DNA of 63,998 nt, counting the filler, from Thraustochytrium aureum (Eukaryota), in the NCBI GenBank assembly GCA_012862495.1. It is 6 parts of 3 records of this genome, joined end to end, with 100 filler letters (N's around TTAATTAATTAA, not from the genome) between each part and the next. Parts side by side here need not be neighbours in the genome. Positions count along the whole stretch, not along the records: positions 34,492 to 48,874 come from BLSG01000377.1; 5 more parts are not named here. One strand, written 5' to 3'. The position numbers and the translations under genes are program-made. Positions within the stretch are counted from its first letter, which is position 1. Every line of letters begins with the position of its first letter. A model generated the notes under the pieces. The model was given only the letters and a program-made list of their open reading frames with translations. It was not told the DNA's origin and ran no database searches. Positions 35,187 to 46,055 of this stretch are shown piece by piece.

Positions 35187-38100
35187 CTACGACTTGCCCC
35201 CAAGCTGCACGCGCGGCGGGGGCTTGCCGTGGTCCATGTGGTACTTCATCTCCCGCATCGCCTCGACTGCGCCGACCGACGAAGGCTGGATAGCCGCATC
35301 TAGCCACGGGCTCCCGTACACCTTGCGTTTGTTTTTGAAGGACCAATGCGTTCCTGTCGGCCACATGTTGGAAGGCGAGGCGTGGATCCGGTCCAAAATG
35401 GCTTTTCGGTCCGCGTACTTGGCCCCGCCAAAGCAGGAATCGACGTCTGGAAGAGACAGCGTTCCTCGACGCTCCGCGCTCAACGAGGCGTCCGGGGCCG
35501 CCACCGTCTGTTTGAACCAGCCAGCCATTTGGCCCCACACAAAACCGCTCTGGTACTTTTTCGTAAACAGCTTGGCCTTGGCTTTGTCGGGAGCCGCAAA
35601 CACCGGCGCGAGCGGGTCAGTTGCGCGCTTGAGGCCCGATGGCAGCTTGCCCTGAGGCGAGCGGCCCGTTCCAGCGGCCCGGACCTCGTCGAGGAACGAA
35701 ACGCGCGAGTCAAAGTAGGCCATTGGAAAAGCAAAAAACACTAGCAGGCGCTTCGCCTCGTCGAGAGCGCAAACGGGAACCGTGCCTGGGAGCTCGACAT
35801 CAAAGGCGTAGAAGAGCGACTCGACTTGCCACTCGAAGCCCGCGATCTTCTCTGGCCGGTATGGCGTGTCAGCCACAACTCTCGACACGACACCGGTGCT
35901 GTATCCTGACTCTAGAGCAGGCTGTGGCGGTGCTCCGGGCCCGCCCGAGGTGCAGCACTTGAAGAGGTAGTAAGGAACCGCGCCCGGCATCGGGTGGGAG
36001 AGAACGGCAAAATGTTGGTGTGTCGACGAGGGTGCGGCAGTGGTTCCGGTCTGAAGGGCGATGTCGAAAACATACAACGGGGCCGCTCGCACCGCGAGGA
36101 CGTTAAAACTCGCGCGAGAGCACCCGGCTAACTCCACGCCAGTACCGTTGTCGACCTCCACGGTGTTGAACCAGTACGGCAAGAGGCGCTGCCCTGGCTG
36201 GCGCTGCGACACTTGCAGAGCGGCAGGCGACTCGTTCAGCGCCGCCGCCCCTGGGCGCTCTGCGACCCAGCGCCAACCTGACGCGTCTCCGGCGGAAGAA
36301 TCCTCGCTGGCCCTGACGCGTTTGCATCGCACCACGTGCCTCGGCCCCCGCGACGCTGTTTCGGCGTTGTTTGTTGGGCCGCGCACCGACTCAAAGACCG
36401 ATCCGTCGCGCCCAATGTCGACGTTGCGAACCACCACAGGAGGCGAGCGGACGCCCGGGTACGACACCGACGTGAACATGTAGTCGGTGTGCGAGAACCA
36501 GGTGATGAGGTCCCCAGCGGCCACAAGTGAGGCCCGTGATACCGGACGGGCCGTCCAAAACAAGTCCCGAAGGTCCCAGAGCGCACTCTTGACGTCCTCC
36601 AGGCGCTCAAGCCGCAGCCCCGCGCGCCGCTCCTCCATAGCCACAAATTTGGCGCGATCTTCGGCGGCGGCAACATCGATGGCGCGCCGAAGCGCGACGG
36701 CGGCTATGGACTCGCCGTCGTTCCACAGATAATCTGCCATTTCCTTCGTGCCAAGCACGACCACCGGAGAGGGCACGTTGCGCAAGCCCGAGCCGAGCAC
36801 GTTGCCCTCTGCGCCCGCGCCTGCCAAGGCACCTGCGGGCTTGGACTCGCGCTCCGCAGTGAAAAAGTAGCGGAGCTTGTTGAGCGTAATGACGATGTTT
36901 TGCTTCCTGTTCTCCAGCACGCCCCGCGCCTCGAGCTTGGCGCTCGCCTCATCGTAGAGGAGCTTGCCCGTGTGTTGGTGAACCTTGAGGCACAATCGGT
37001 GCGCTAGCTCGCCAGACTCGAACTCGGCGTACTCCAGAACGAGGCTGGCCCACTTGACCAGCCAGTCCGGAAGGTCCTGCAGAACAGCGGTTTTCAGGCC
37101 ATGCCGCGCCAGGCGTTCCTGATCTTGAGCGGTTGGAATTGGCGAGGCGCACGCTCGAACGACAAGAGCATTCCGGTCGTTGAAAAGGTGACGCTCGTTC
37201 AGCACGTCCGCGAAGGCTCCTGAGCCCGCGTAGAACAGGAACGACCCTCGGCACCGCACCGACCCGCACAAGCACGTGGCAGCGCGAAACTCGTTTTCGT
37301 CCTCGGTCACCGATGAGTAGTCGAACGTGAGCTCCTCCCCGAACGCGACGTCGCGCAAAGTGTACACAGTGACAACATACTTGCCATCAACGACCATCAC
37401 GACTGTGGCGCAGTTGGGCTCACAGCTATGGGAAAGCCTGGATGCGAAATTACCGCGCACGATCGGGTCGATATAGGCCAAGTCGTAGCCATCGTCGTCG
37501 TCCGCATGACGCTCGAGCTGGATGTTGTAAAAGTCGGGCAGGACTGGCTTGAACCCCACGGCCCGCTGCACGTTTTTAATCGCGTCCGTCTTCTCGAACC
37601 AGCGCCATGCAGGGAAGAGCTCGCCATAGTACTCTGTCACAAAGGTCCCCGAAGGCAGTCCCGACGAGGCTCGGCATTGCACGCCAACGCCTTTGGGGTG
37701 GACCCGAAAGGACTGGAGGCCCCAATTGCGCACTGCATAGAGCAGGGCGGCGCACATCTCGCGGACGAGGTCTGCCGTGAATGGGGTCCGGGGCATAGAG
37801 AGAGCGTGCGAGAGGATGGCAGACACCTGCGCGGACACCGCAGCCGGCTCTACCTGCATGTAGTCGGCCTCATCCTCGACGTAGAGCGACGGGAATGGAG
37901 CGGCCGAGTCTGCCTTTGTCGCTCCCATCGGCGCGCCGCCCCTCGCTTTCGGGTTGAGATCGGACTCTGCAGGGCGCGTCGCCTCCTCCGCCTTGATTTC
38001 AGGTTTCACGACTCCTCTCGCCTTGCCTTTCTTGGCGGGCCTCCGCTCGGCCATGGTGGCGTCCCCGGCCGGTTTCCCGCACGCGCGCAGCACGGACCGG

Positions 38101-40190
38101 AGGGCAAACGTCAGATTGTGCGCGCGGTGATTCGGCTGCGAGTTGACGGTCGGCAGGAGGATTTGCTGGAGGAAGGCGCGGACAACCTCCTCCGAGGTGA
38201 CATTCGAGACGAGCTCGAGCACGGAACTGATATTCTTCCTTGTGTAGCAATCCAAGCCCCACATATTGGCCTCTGCCACATCTTGGCCGAGCTTGAGCGC
38301 CTTGCCGCTGCCAACAGCAGAGGCCGGGCAGCCCACGCGCCGAGACTTGCAAGGAAGGTCCGTGGCGAACGAGTTCTTCGCCAGGCTGAAGGGCACCGGC
38401 TCGGCGCAGCGCGCGTCTGCAGCGCACTCGGGCTGCTNNNNNNNNNNNNNNNNNNNNNNNNNNNNNNNNNNNNNNNNNNNNNNNNNNNNNNNNNNNNNNN
38501 NNNNNNNNNNNNNNNNNNNNNNNNNNNNNNNNNNNNNNNNNNNNNNNNNNNNNNNNNNNNNNNNNNNNNNNNNNNNNNNNNNNNNNNNNNNNNNNNNNNN
38601 NNNNNNNNNNNNCGTTGTTGTGCCTGATCGAGCCCGTCGGTGGGCACGTACTGGTCGAGGGCCTCGTAAGGCCGCTTTGGGTATGGAGCCTTGTTCCACG
38701 CCCCGTTCAGGTATGGTTCTGTTCGAGCGTTCTCGTCCAGCGCGTGGCGCACTTTGCTCATGCGCAGAAACGCGGCGTGCGGAAGCGTCCCGGGGGTTTT
38801 GAGTTCCTCGCCGATCCACGCGTCCTGGGCGCCCGATCCCTCCGCGGGCGACTCTAGGACGGCTTTCCGCTTTCCGCTGCTTGAGCTGCTTTTCTTGGCT
38901 GCGCCGGAGGGCTTGCGCGCCTTGCCAGAGCCTGCTTCCGCGAATCCCAAAGTGTTGGAGACCACCATATCCACTTCGTTTTTGAACCACTTGGCCTTGA
39001 GCCAGGCTCGCTCCACTCCTGGCGTCCCGCGTCATCAGCAAGCGCCTCCACGATGCGGGCACACTCGCGGACGACCGCCTGGGCAGCGCGCACCCCATAC
39101 TCCTTGTCGTCTGCGGCGCGAATGAGACTGCGCACGAGCTTGCGGGCGTCCAGGTAGAGTTGGGCGAAATCGCGCAAGCCGAACAGGGCGCGCCTTTCGC
39201 GGTCCACGTCGAGCCTCGTCGCCGTCGCATCGGCGATTTCCGCGAGAGCTTGTGCACTATTGGCAAGGGACGCGTTGCTGCGGAGTTCTGCTTCTTCGTC
39301 CTCCACAATGATCTTTCGCAGCTGCGCTTGGACCGGTTTGCTCAGCGGCTTGCCTTGGCCCCAGCACGTCGATGTGGCGAAGCAGATCGGCGCGCAACGC
39401 TAGCGGCCGCGGGCCTGGCGCGATGGCGAGCACCTGGAGGCCCTGGGCGAGCCGCGGGTCCGTCTTCGAATCGACCGTCTTTACGACATCTAGAGCCGCC
39501 GCGAACGGGCTTCGCCGGAATTCGCCAGCCGCTACACGCGCAGTAACGCTCGCCACACCCGGGAATTGGTCAAGCACACTGACGATCCTCGCGCTCTGGG
39601 AATGTCCCATCTGGGCCGCGGCGCAGGCTGGGCAATGCGACGCCGTGTATCCTGCGGAAAACCCGAAAATCTGTGCGCACGTCACATGGAATCGCGCCCC
39701 CCCGCACCGACCGGCGCAATCAACTACCCCTCGGCCCGGCCCAGCTCCGCACAGCTCGCAAACCTGCGCGTCCGACTCGGCTGGATTCGCGGACGGCGTT
39801 TCTAGTAGCCGCCCTTCGCGCGTTGGCGGGTCGAAGGAAAAGCGTCCGTTTGCAGCTGCGCAAGACACGTGCACCCACGACGGCTGCGCGTCCGCGTTGG
39901 CGGCGCATCGCGCGAGCTTGAACCCTCCCCGGAGCGCCATATTCGGGCAAAGCGCGCACCTGACCAGGAGCGCCTCAGAAGGCACCTTGTAGCTTCGCCG
40001 CTTTCCCTCAGCGTCGCCGGGCGCATCGCCGAGCACATGCGCGCACCTTTCGCAAAACCAGCGCCCGTCCGGCAGGTCGGGCACGCCGTAGCAGCGCTGG
40101 TGCATCGGACAGTCGCATCCATCGCACAGCAAGATGGAATTACCGTCCTCCTGGCCGCCTCCAAAGCACACTACACAGGCCGCGTCCCAT
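35187..40190 (-). CDS. ATXR3: ATXR3/SDG2-type SET-domain histone-lysine methyltransferase with N-terminal PHD + extended PHD; frameshifts and internal gap
   Basis: WGLDCYTRKNI, KGVGVQC, EYYGELFPAWRWFEK, PDFYNIQLERH, NFASRLSHSCEPNC, GEELTFDY, post-SET CLCGSVRCRGSF, KKYQSGFVWGQM. Upstream CVVC..ILLCDGCD..HQRCYGV...WFCERC..CALCP..WVHVSC. Frame changes ~40187, ~39320, ~39015. Confidence 0.85.
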
Positions 40191-40325
40191 ATCGTCTACC
40201 GCGCGCCACGGCCTCCGCCAGCCCACGCGCCCACGCAGTCCGTCGGCCCCGCGCAGCGCCCGATGCGCGACTGCCGCTCTCCCTCTCCCTCTCCTCGCTC
40301 TCTCGCTCTCGTTCAAACCCAGCCC

Positions 40326-40581
40326 AACCTAACCCACGCGCCGCCCGCCCTAACCCGCCACCCGACGAATAAAAGGAACAATACGCCTCTGAACCTAACT
40401 GAACCTCAGTCCGACCTCACGCGCTTGCTCGTGCCCGGCGGGCCGCGAACGGGCAACCTAACCCAGCCCGCTCTTTAGAAGCAGACCCTCACATATGCGA
40501 TTAACCTAACCTATTCTCTACCTTAACCTAACTCATCCTGCGGAACGTTTTTGCTGGAGCCGGTTGACCTGAAACCTAACC
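40326..40581. promoter_or_regulatory. Cluster of telomere-like AACCTAAC motifs in divergent promoter (telo-box-like)
   Basis: Exact AACCTAAC at 40326, 40392, 40455, 40503, 40525, 40573 plus CCCTAACCC at ~40348. Confidence 0.5.
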
Positions 40582-40910
40582 CATGGGGCGTCGGGGTTGG
40601 GCGCGACGCCGATGAGAGCTTGCGGCAGACCGAGTCGCGGCAGCTCGGCGACGTCCTGGCGGTCTGGAAGAGCGCCGCTTGGGTTCCCGGGGTCTGGGAC
40701 TCGAGTCTCGCTCACTTTTGGTACTCGACGTTGCCATCGTTTCGCTCTTTTGATTGATTGACTTCAAGAGATCATCAACCATCAAAAGCTCGCGCCAGAC
40801 TGCCCGCAACATCTATTGCAGGACGCTTGCTGCCTTTGGCGCGGGCATCGCATCGGCGGCAAGATCGAGTGGAGCTGGGTTGGGCTTGGCGCTGGCTGGA
40901 CTCGGTGGGA

Positions 40911-41808
40911 ATGGCGGCGACGGCGCTTGCCGCTGCGAACGTGTATGTTTCGCACGTGGCGGTTCGCGCGTTGGTGGCCGGCGGGCCGACTGCGAAAGTG
41001 CTGGACCGAGCTGTTGCCGTGACTTGTGATGCCGAATACCAGCGAACGGGGATCACGCTCGCGGGCCCGCTCGAGACCGTTGAGGAGGACGTGCTTGCTC
41101 TTGTCGGCGCTCTGTTTCCACGCCTCTCGCTGGCGTCGCACTCAGCGACGCATCCGCGCATTGGGGTAATCGACAACATTGTCGTCGCGCCTATCGAGGC
41201 GGCCTGGGCGAGTGATACCAGGCTGGCTGCGAGCAGACTCGCGAAAACGATTGCGGAGAATGTCCCCAAGTCCCGGACCGTCGTCTACTCGTCCGCGGTG
41301 CCTCTGGCGTCCATTCGGAGGCGGACGCCCTACTTTTCACCCAGTGCCTTGAGTGGCGCTCTGGTCGGCGATGGAACGCATGCGATCGATGGTCTCGAGG
41401 CCTACGGGCTGGCCGAGGCGGACCCTGAGGTCGGCCTCACCTGTGTTGGCAGCTGTGCCATGGGTAACCAACTTTAACGTGCCCCTGCACACGCCAAACC
41501 TTGCCGAGGCGAGGACTGTTGCCAAGGCGATACGAACTCGCGGCGGGGGGCCACATGCTCTGCAGAGCGTCGAGGCCGTGGGGCTTGTCTCCCGCTCTGG
41601 ACAAGGCATTGTTGAGGTTGCCTGCAACTTGCTCGACATCAGCAAAACAACCACGGATGATGTTCAGCGCGCGGTAGAGCAGCTTTCGCCCCACGCAATG
41701 ACCGGGTACGTTGTGGGCGCGTCGTGGGAAAGCGTCTGCTGCAAAGCAAGGGCGCTGGCGGCGCAGACCAACCTACCAGTCGACAAAAAAAGCAGATGCG
41801 CACAGTAA
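40911..41808 (+). CDS. Formiminotransferase N-terminal-subdomain (FTCD-like) protein; frameshift near 41450
   Basis: ANVYVS, LSLASHSATHPRIGVIDNI, LASIRR, VGA(V)PWVTNFNVPL, IRTRGGG..LQSVEAVGL, EVACNLLD. Confidence 0.8.
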
Positions 41809-42056
41809 GGGGTTCAGCAAACACACGCTTCCGTTCATTTTCTCGTGCGCTTTCTCGTTCACTTCCCATTCATTTTCCTGGCCACCGAGTTAGTGTAGTA
41901 GGGGTAGTGCAGAGTCCACGTTCCCGAGCCCCGCTGGCCAGGCCACGCAAGCCCAACCAGCTGATACAGGCTCCGCGCTGCCGCCAGAATCACGCGCGCG
42001 AGAGCAAGTTCCGGCGTTGGGTGGAACCGTGTCGCGCCCCACGCCAGGCCTTGATG

Positions 42057-44993
42057 TCAAATCAGCTCAAGAGAGCGAGGATGTCCGTTTCCGTGGTGTC
42101 CAGAAAAAGCGCGAACGTACTTGACCGACACGTCCACGAGCCGCATGCAGTTAGGGTTGTCGTTCATTGCAACGTGCCCACGGATGTCCTTCATGTTCGG
42201 TGCAAGCTCCTTCCTCGGGAAAAGGAAGAAGGTGTCATCCATGTGGAAAGCGTTGGCGCCTCCAGATTGAACGACAATGCGCTTCCAAAGACGCATCTCA
42301 GCGTACTGCTTTTGCCCGGCCTGCCTCGGAGGCGTCCGAGCAGTCATGAACTGACGGATCTCCGCGTGCGTCGGAACTCGAAACCCGTTTCGCCCTGGGG
42401 CAGCGGCCGTGGCTGGAATGTTGGGCGCCTCGCCAAACTTGCGCGCATTATCCAAAATATCCATGGCAACAGAGTGCACAGCAGGCCCTCCAATGCACAA
42501 GTTGATGACATGCGAGCCATCCGGGTTGCGGGAGAACCAGCCAATCACCTCACGGTCAAGCAGCATGGGAATAAGGCCGCTGACCGGCAGAGGGAAGGGC
42601 ACGCGGATCGAGCGGGGCTCGCCGTTGAAAAGGGACCACGAGCCGCGGGTTGGCGACAAGCATACGCTGGCCCTGAACCAGCATGCGCTCCTTGGAGACA
42701 GTAATCTCGAGTCGACTGAACACGGAGCCGAAAACTCGCGCAATAAAAAGTGCCAACCGACACCGCCGCTGACCGCGGTCCACAGCGACATGATAGAGCG
42801 CATGCGCTCCTCCGCGTCCTCTTCCACAGCGATCCAAGATCCAGAGNNNNNNNNNNNNNNNNNNNNNNNNNNNNNNNNNNNNNNNNNNNNNNNNNNNNNN
42901 NNNNNNNNNNNNNNNNNNNNNNNNNNNNNNNNNNNNNNNNNNNNNNNNNNNNNNNNNNNNNNNNNNNNNNNNNNNNNNNNNNNNNNNNNNNNNNNNNNNN
43001 NNNNNNNNNNCTTCGCGTACGTACGTTGCTGCGCTTCGTCCGTGAAACGTTTCGCTCGCGAGCCGTAGTCTTGCAGTTTGAACCGGGACATGTCGCCGTG
43101 AAGTTGAAGGTGCAAGAGCGACGCGGCCCGGATATCAGGCGGGAAAAAAGGGTCGGGGCACACGACGCGCATCTTGGCGGCAATCTCCATGGGCTTGACG
43201 AACATGGAGACTGTCATGCCGCTTTGGTCGACCGCCCGGCGCACCATGTCGCGATAGCACTGCCGCACCTCGCCGAACAGAGATTGTTCAATGTTATGCT
43301 GGCCGCGCCGAAAGGTGTCGAGCTCGCGCTCCCGCGACCATGAAAAGTTTGTTGCCTGCTCAGAGCGGACCTGGTCTTTCAACCGACGCAAGCCCTCCGG
43401 TGTCGACCACGCGTCGATGACGCTGTTGAAGGCCGCGGTGTCGCGGGCGAGGGTCATGAAGTACTCGTTGATGTGATGCATGGCGTCGATCGTGCTGGAA
43501 ACGTCGGAATCTCGCATACCGCTGCGCGCCAAAGCCACCTGCAGCGCCTCGAAAGTTGGGCGAAACGGCTCTGACTTGGTCGAACTCGCCACGGAGCCCG
43601 CGCGGGAGGCAACGGAGCCGGCCCCTGGCGAGGGCGGCGGGGCGATGCGACGGAGCTCTTCATTCTCGAAAAGCTCTGCCATGTCCCCGAACCCGCTGGC
43701 AAGATCATCTGGCGAAGCCCAATCCAGCTCGGTGAAAACTTGGTCGAACGCATCCGCGGTTGCGGGTGTTTGGATCTCGCGAGCCCCGTCCAGGCTCGCC
43801 TCGGGCTGGAACGCAAAATCTTCGCCCGAGAGAGAGCCAAATGTCATATTCGAGGCCGATGACACAAAGCGCTGCATAGAGGGGGGCGCCGGTGTGGAGG
43901 ATGCCGCCGCGCTCGCAGCGTCGGGGCGCCTTGATGGCGGGTTGCAAGCGGGCGACGCAGGCGCAGCGCCAACTCCTGAGCTCCCCTCACGCGCCCCACC
44001 TACGAGGAACTGGCAGAGTCGATCCAAGGCGAGGTTGTCCTCCATTTCTGCAGTGCGAACAGCAATGGCCTGCGACAGCGCGGATACGTCGTCATCGGCC
44101 CCAGCCATCTGCTGCTGATATGCTGCGCCGAGAAGCGCTTTCTGCGTTCGCTCGACAATCGCCCCGAACACAGAACCGACCCAGCCCCGAGCTGGGGGCT
44201 TGTCGGTGGACATCTGTAGCCCAGAGCCTGTCGACCAGGATTCGGGGGCCGCCACGAGCGCGCTCGCCGAGCTGCCCGTGGCGGCGAGCTTGTTGCTGCA
44301 AAGCTCCCCGCCGCTCGACCGAAGTCGCTTGACGGCGCGGTTCGTTTCTTCGGCCTCTCGAGCGGGGTCGGTCTCGTCCGCTTCGCCTGGTTCTGCAGCG
44401 GTTGCAGCAACCGCAGCCTCCTGGCGAGCAAGAAACTCTGGCGGTGGGAGCCCGGGTTTGGTTCTGCGGCGCGAGAAAAGCTTGAAAGCGGGAGAATCCG
44501 CGGCTCCGACATAAACAAGTTTGTCGGACCCGGGTGGCTGCAGAAATGCATGCGCGCGAAGGACGTGCTGTAGGTTGCACGAGTGCTTGCTCGAGGCCCA
44601 CCCGTAGTGATAGCCGAGCAGCTGCCTGTTGAAGACTACTCGAACGGATCGCTCGTCGATGGTGGCCTCGCCGCGAATGTAGGGCAAAAGTGGGCTATCG
44701 CGGCGCCGCTCCTTGGACTGTATATCTGAAACGAGGTATTCGCACCCCTGCACGAGTTCGCTGTCCTCCTCGCCCGCGATGCGAAACTCTGCAAAGGCCC
44801 GCACGCGATGCTCGACGGACGGAATCTCCAGCCCTGAAATCGTGCACGTCACGGGGCGACCGCAGAACGCGGACTGCGTGTGCCCCGCCTCGTTGCACAA
44901 CGGAAAGCAGCGCACGTTCTTCTGGCCGGACCGCTTATTGTTTCGCTGATACTCATAGTGGAACCCCTGATCAAAGCTCGCCTTGAACGTCAT
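42057..44993 (-). CDS. Uncharacterised putative transcription factor A (novel Cys/His domain + calycin-like C-terminus), internal gap
   Basis: Long ORF paralogous to 46056-48379 at both ends: YQRNNKRSGQKNVRCFPLC...H....FCG and DPFFPP...HLQLHG...QDYGSR. Confidence 0.75.
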   Translation of the reverse strand: MTFKASFDQGFHYEYQRNNKRSGQKNVRCFPLCNEAGHTQSAFCGRPVTCTISGLEIPSVEHRVRAFAEFRIAGEEDSELVQGCEYLVSDIQSKERRRDSPLLPYIRGEATIDERSVRVVFNRQLLGYHYGWASSKHSCNLQHVLRAHAFLQPPGSDKLVYVGAADSPAFKLFSRRRTKPGLPPPEFLARQEAAVAATAAEPGEADETDPAREAEETNRAVKRLRSSGGELCSNKLAATGSSASALVAAPESWSTGSGLQMSTDKPPARGWVGSVFGAIVERTQKALLGAAYQQQMAGADDDVSALSQAIAVRTAEMEDNLALDRLCQFLVGGAREGSSGVGAAPASPACNPPSRRPDAASAAASSTPAPPSMQRFVSSASNMTFGSLSGEDFAFQPEASLDGAREIQTPATADAFDQVFTELDWASPDDLASGFGDMAELFENEELRRIAPPPSPGAGSVASRAGSVASSTKSEPFRPTFEALQVALARSGMRDSDVSSTIDAMHHINEYFMTLARDTAAFNSVIDAWSTPEGLRRLKDQVRSEQATNFSWSRERELDTFRRGQHNIEQSLFGEVRQCYRDMVRRAVDQSGMTVSMFVKPMEIAAKMRVVCPDPFFPPDIRAASLLHLQLHGDMSRFKLQDYGSRAKRFTDEAQQRTYAKXXXXXXXXXXXXXXXXXXXXXXXXXXXXXXXXXXXXXXXXXXXXXXXXXXXXXXXSGSWIAVEEDAEERMRSIMSLWTAVSGGVGWHFLLREFSAPCSVDSRLLSPRSACWFRASVCLSPTRGSWSLFNGEPRSIRVPFPLPVSGLIPMLLDREVIGWFSRNPDGSHVINLCIGGPAVHSVAMDILDNARKFGEAPNIPATAAAPGRNGFRVPTHAEIRQFMTARTPPRQAGQKQYAEMRLWKRIVVQSGGANAFHMDDTFFLFPRKELAPNMKDIRGHVAMNDNPNCMRLVDVSVKYVRAFSGHHGNGHPRSLELI

Positions 44994-45061
44994 GAAACCC
45001 CGTTCGCGCCGCCGGCCTGGCGCTTCGCGCCGGCTGACGGACGTGTCACACGCTCGACAAG

Positions 45062-45801
45062 GTCACGCACGGCGGCGAAACACCGACGCCACTGCCGGAA
45101 CCCCGAGACCGCCCCGATGCAGTACGGCCGCGAGCCACCGTGGGGACCAGCCTGTCCACACGCGTGCGTGCCAGCTCGTCCAGCCTCGGCCCGCGTCGCG
45201 CTGGCGGTGTTTCGTGCCGCGTTCGCGCACTGCCCACGTCCCCTCCCTGCCACCTTGTTGCACCGGCCCCGCACCTTATTCACGCCGTTCTCGTAACGTA
45301 AACCCGTGAGTGACGTGCACGGCGGTGCCATGATCCAGCCCACGCGTGACAGCGGGGAAGACGTTTTCAACAGGGGATCTAATGTTACGTGGAGGAACGA
45401 TTCGCGAAACGAGCGCGCGCCGACAGCGTCTCGAAACAGCACGGCCTTCGTTACGCACGTGGCGCGGCACGCGCACACCTCGCCGCGTAACTGGCAAGGG
45501 TCGAGACCCGTCTCTCGTAGTCAGGCCCCCGAAAGTGATTGGAAGCGGGGGTCTGAGAACGTGACAACGGACTCATCGTCACCTGGTTCGATTTGAGCCG
45601 TCAAAGCTTCACATCGGCTCGCAGACGTGACGTTCACCCCCTAGTCACGTCCTGCGCAGAGCAACTCCACCTCCTCTCGTAACAGGGCCCCCAGCGTCTC
45701 GTGCGGCCCAAAACTCGTGACAGGGTCGTGCCTGTCACGTCGCTCGCGGCCACCTGGACAGGTGGGCGTCGGGCCGCACGTCACGGCACCGCATCGTTAC
45801 G
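45062..45801. promoter_or_regulatory. Bidirectional promoter with 14 CGTRAC/GTYACG sites
   Basis: Exact hits at 45062, 45292, 45345, 45384, 45450, 45486, 45560, 45626, 45644, 45678, 45716, 45734, 45780, 45796. Confidence 0.7.
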
Positions 45802-46055
45802 TGGGATTTTGACGACCGAAGGCGGCAGTGCCGGAACAGCGACGAGGGCGGCCCGCACGCGCGCGTGTCGGCCGGGCGGCTCGGCTGCCGTGGCGCGCAG
45901 AGCGACTTGGCAGGTTTACGCCGCGCAGCCGCGATCGACTCGCCTTGTCGTGCTGCAGCTGCGGGCCATCGGCGGCGATCTCCTCGTGGTTTTGTTTGTT
46001 GTTGACGGCAGGACCCGCCAGCCTGTTTGTGGCCCAGGCAGTCGCGCCGGAAGCC

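Noticed and set aside
45062..45801. CRISPR-like or iteron array interpretation of the motif cluster
   Set aside because: The motif is only 6 bp, irregularly spaced and in mixed orientation; no cas or rep genes; eukaryotic context.
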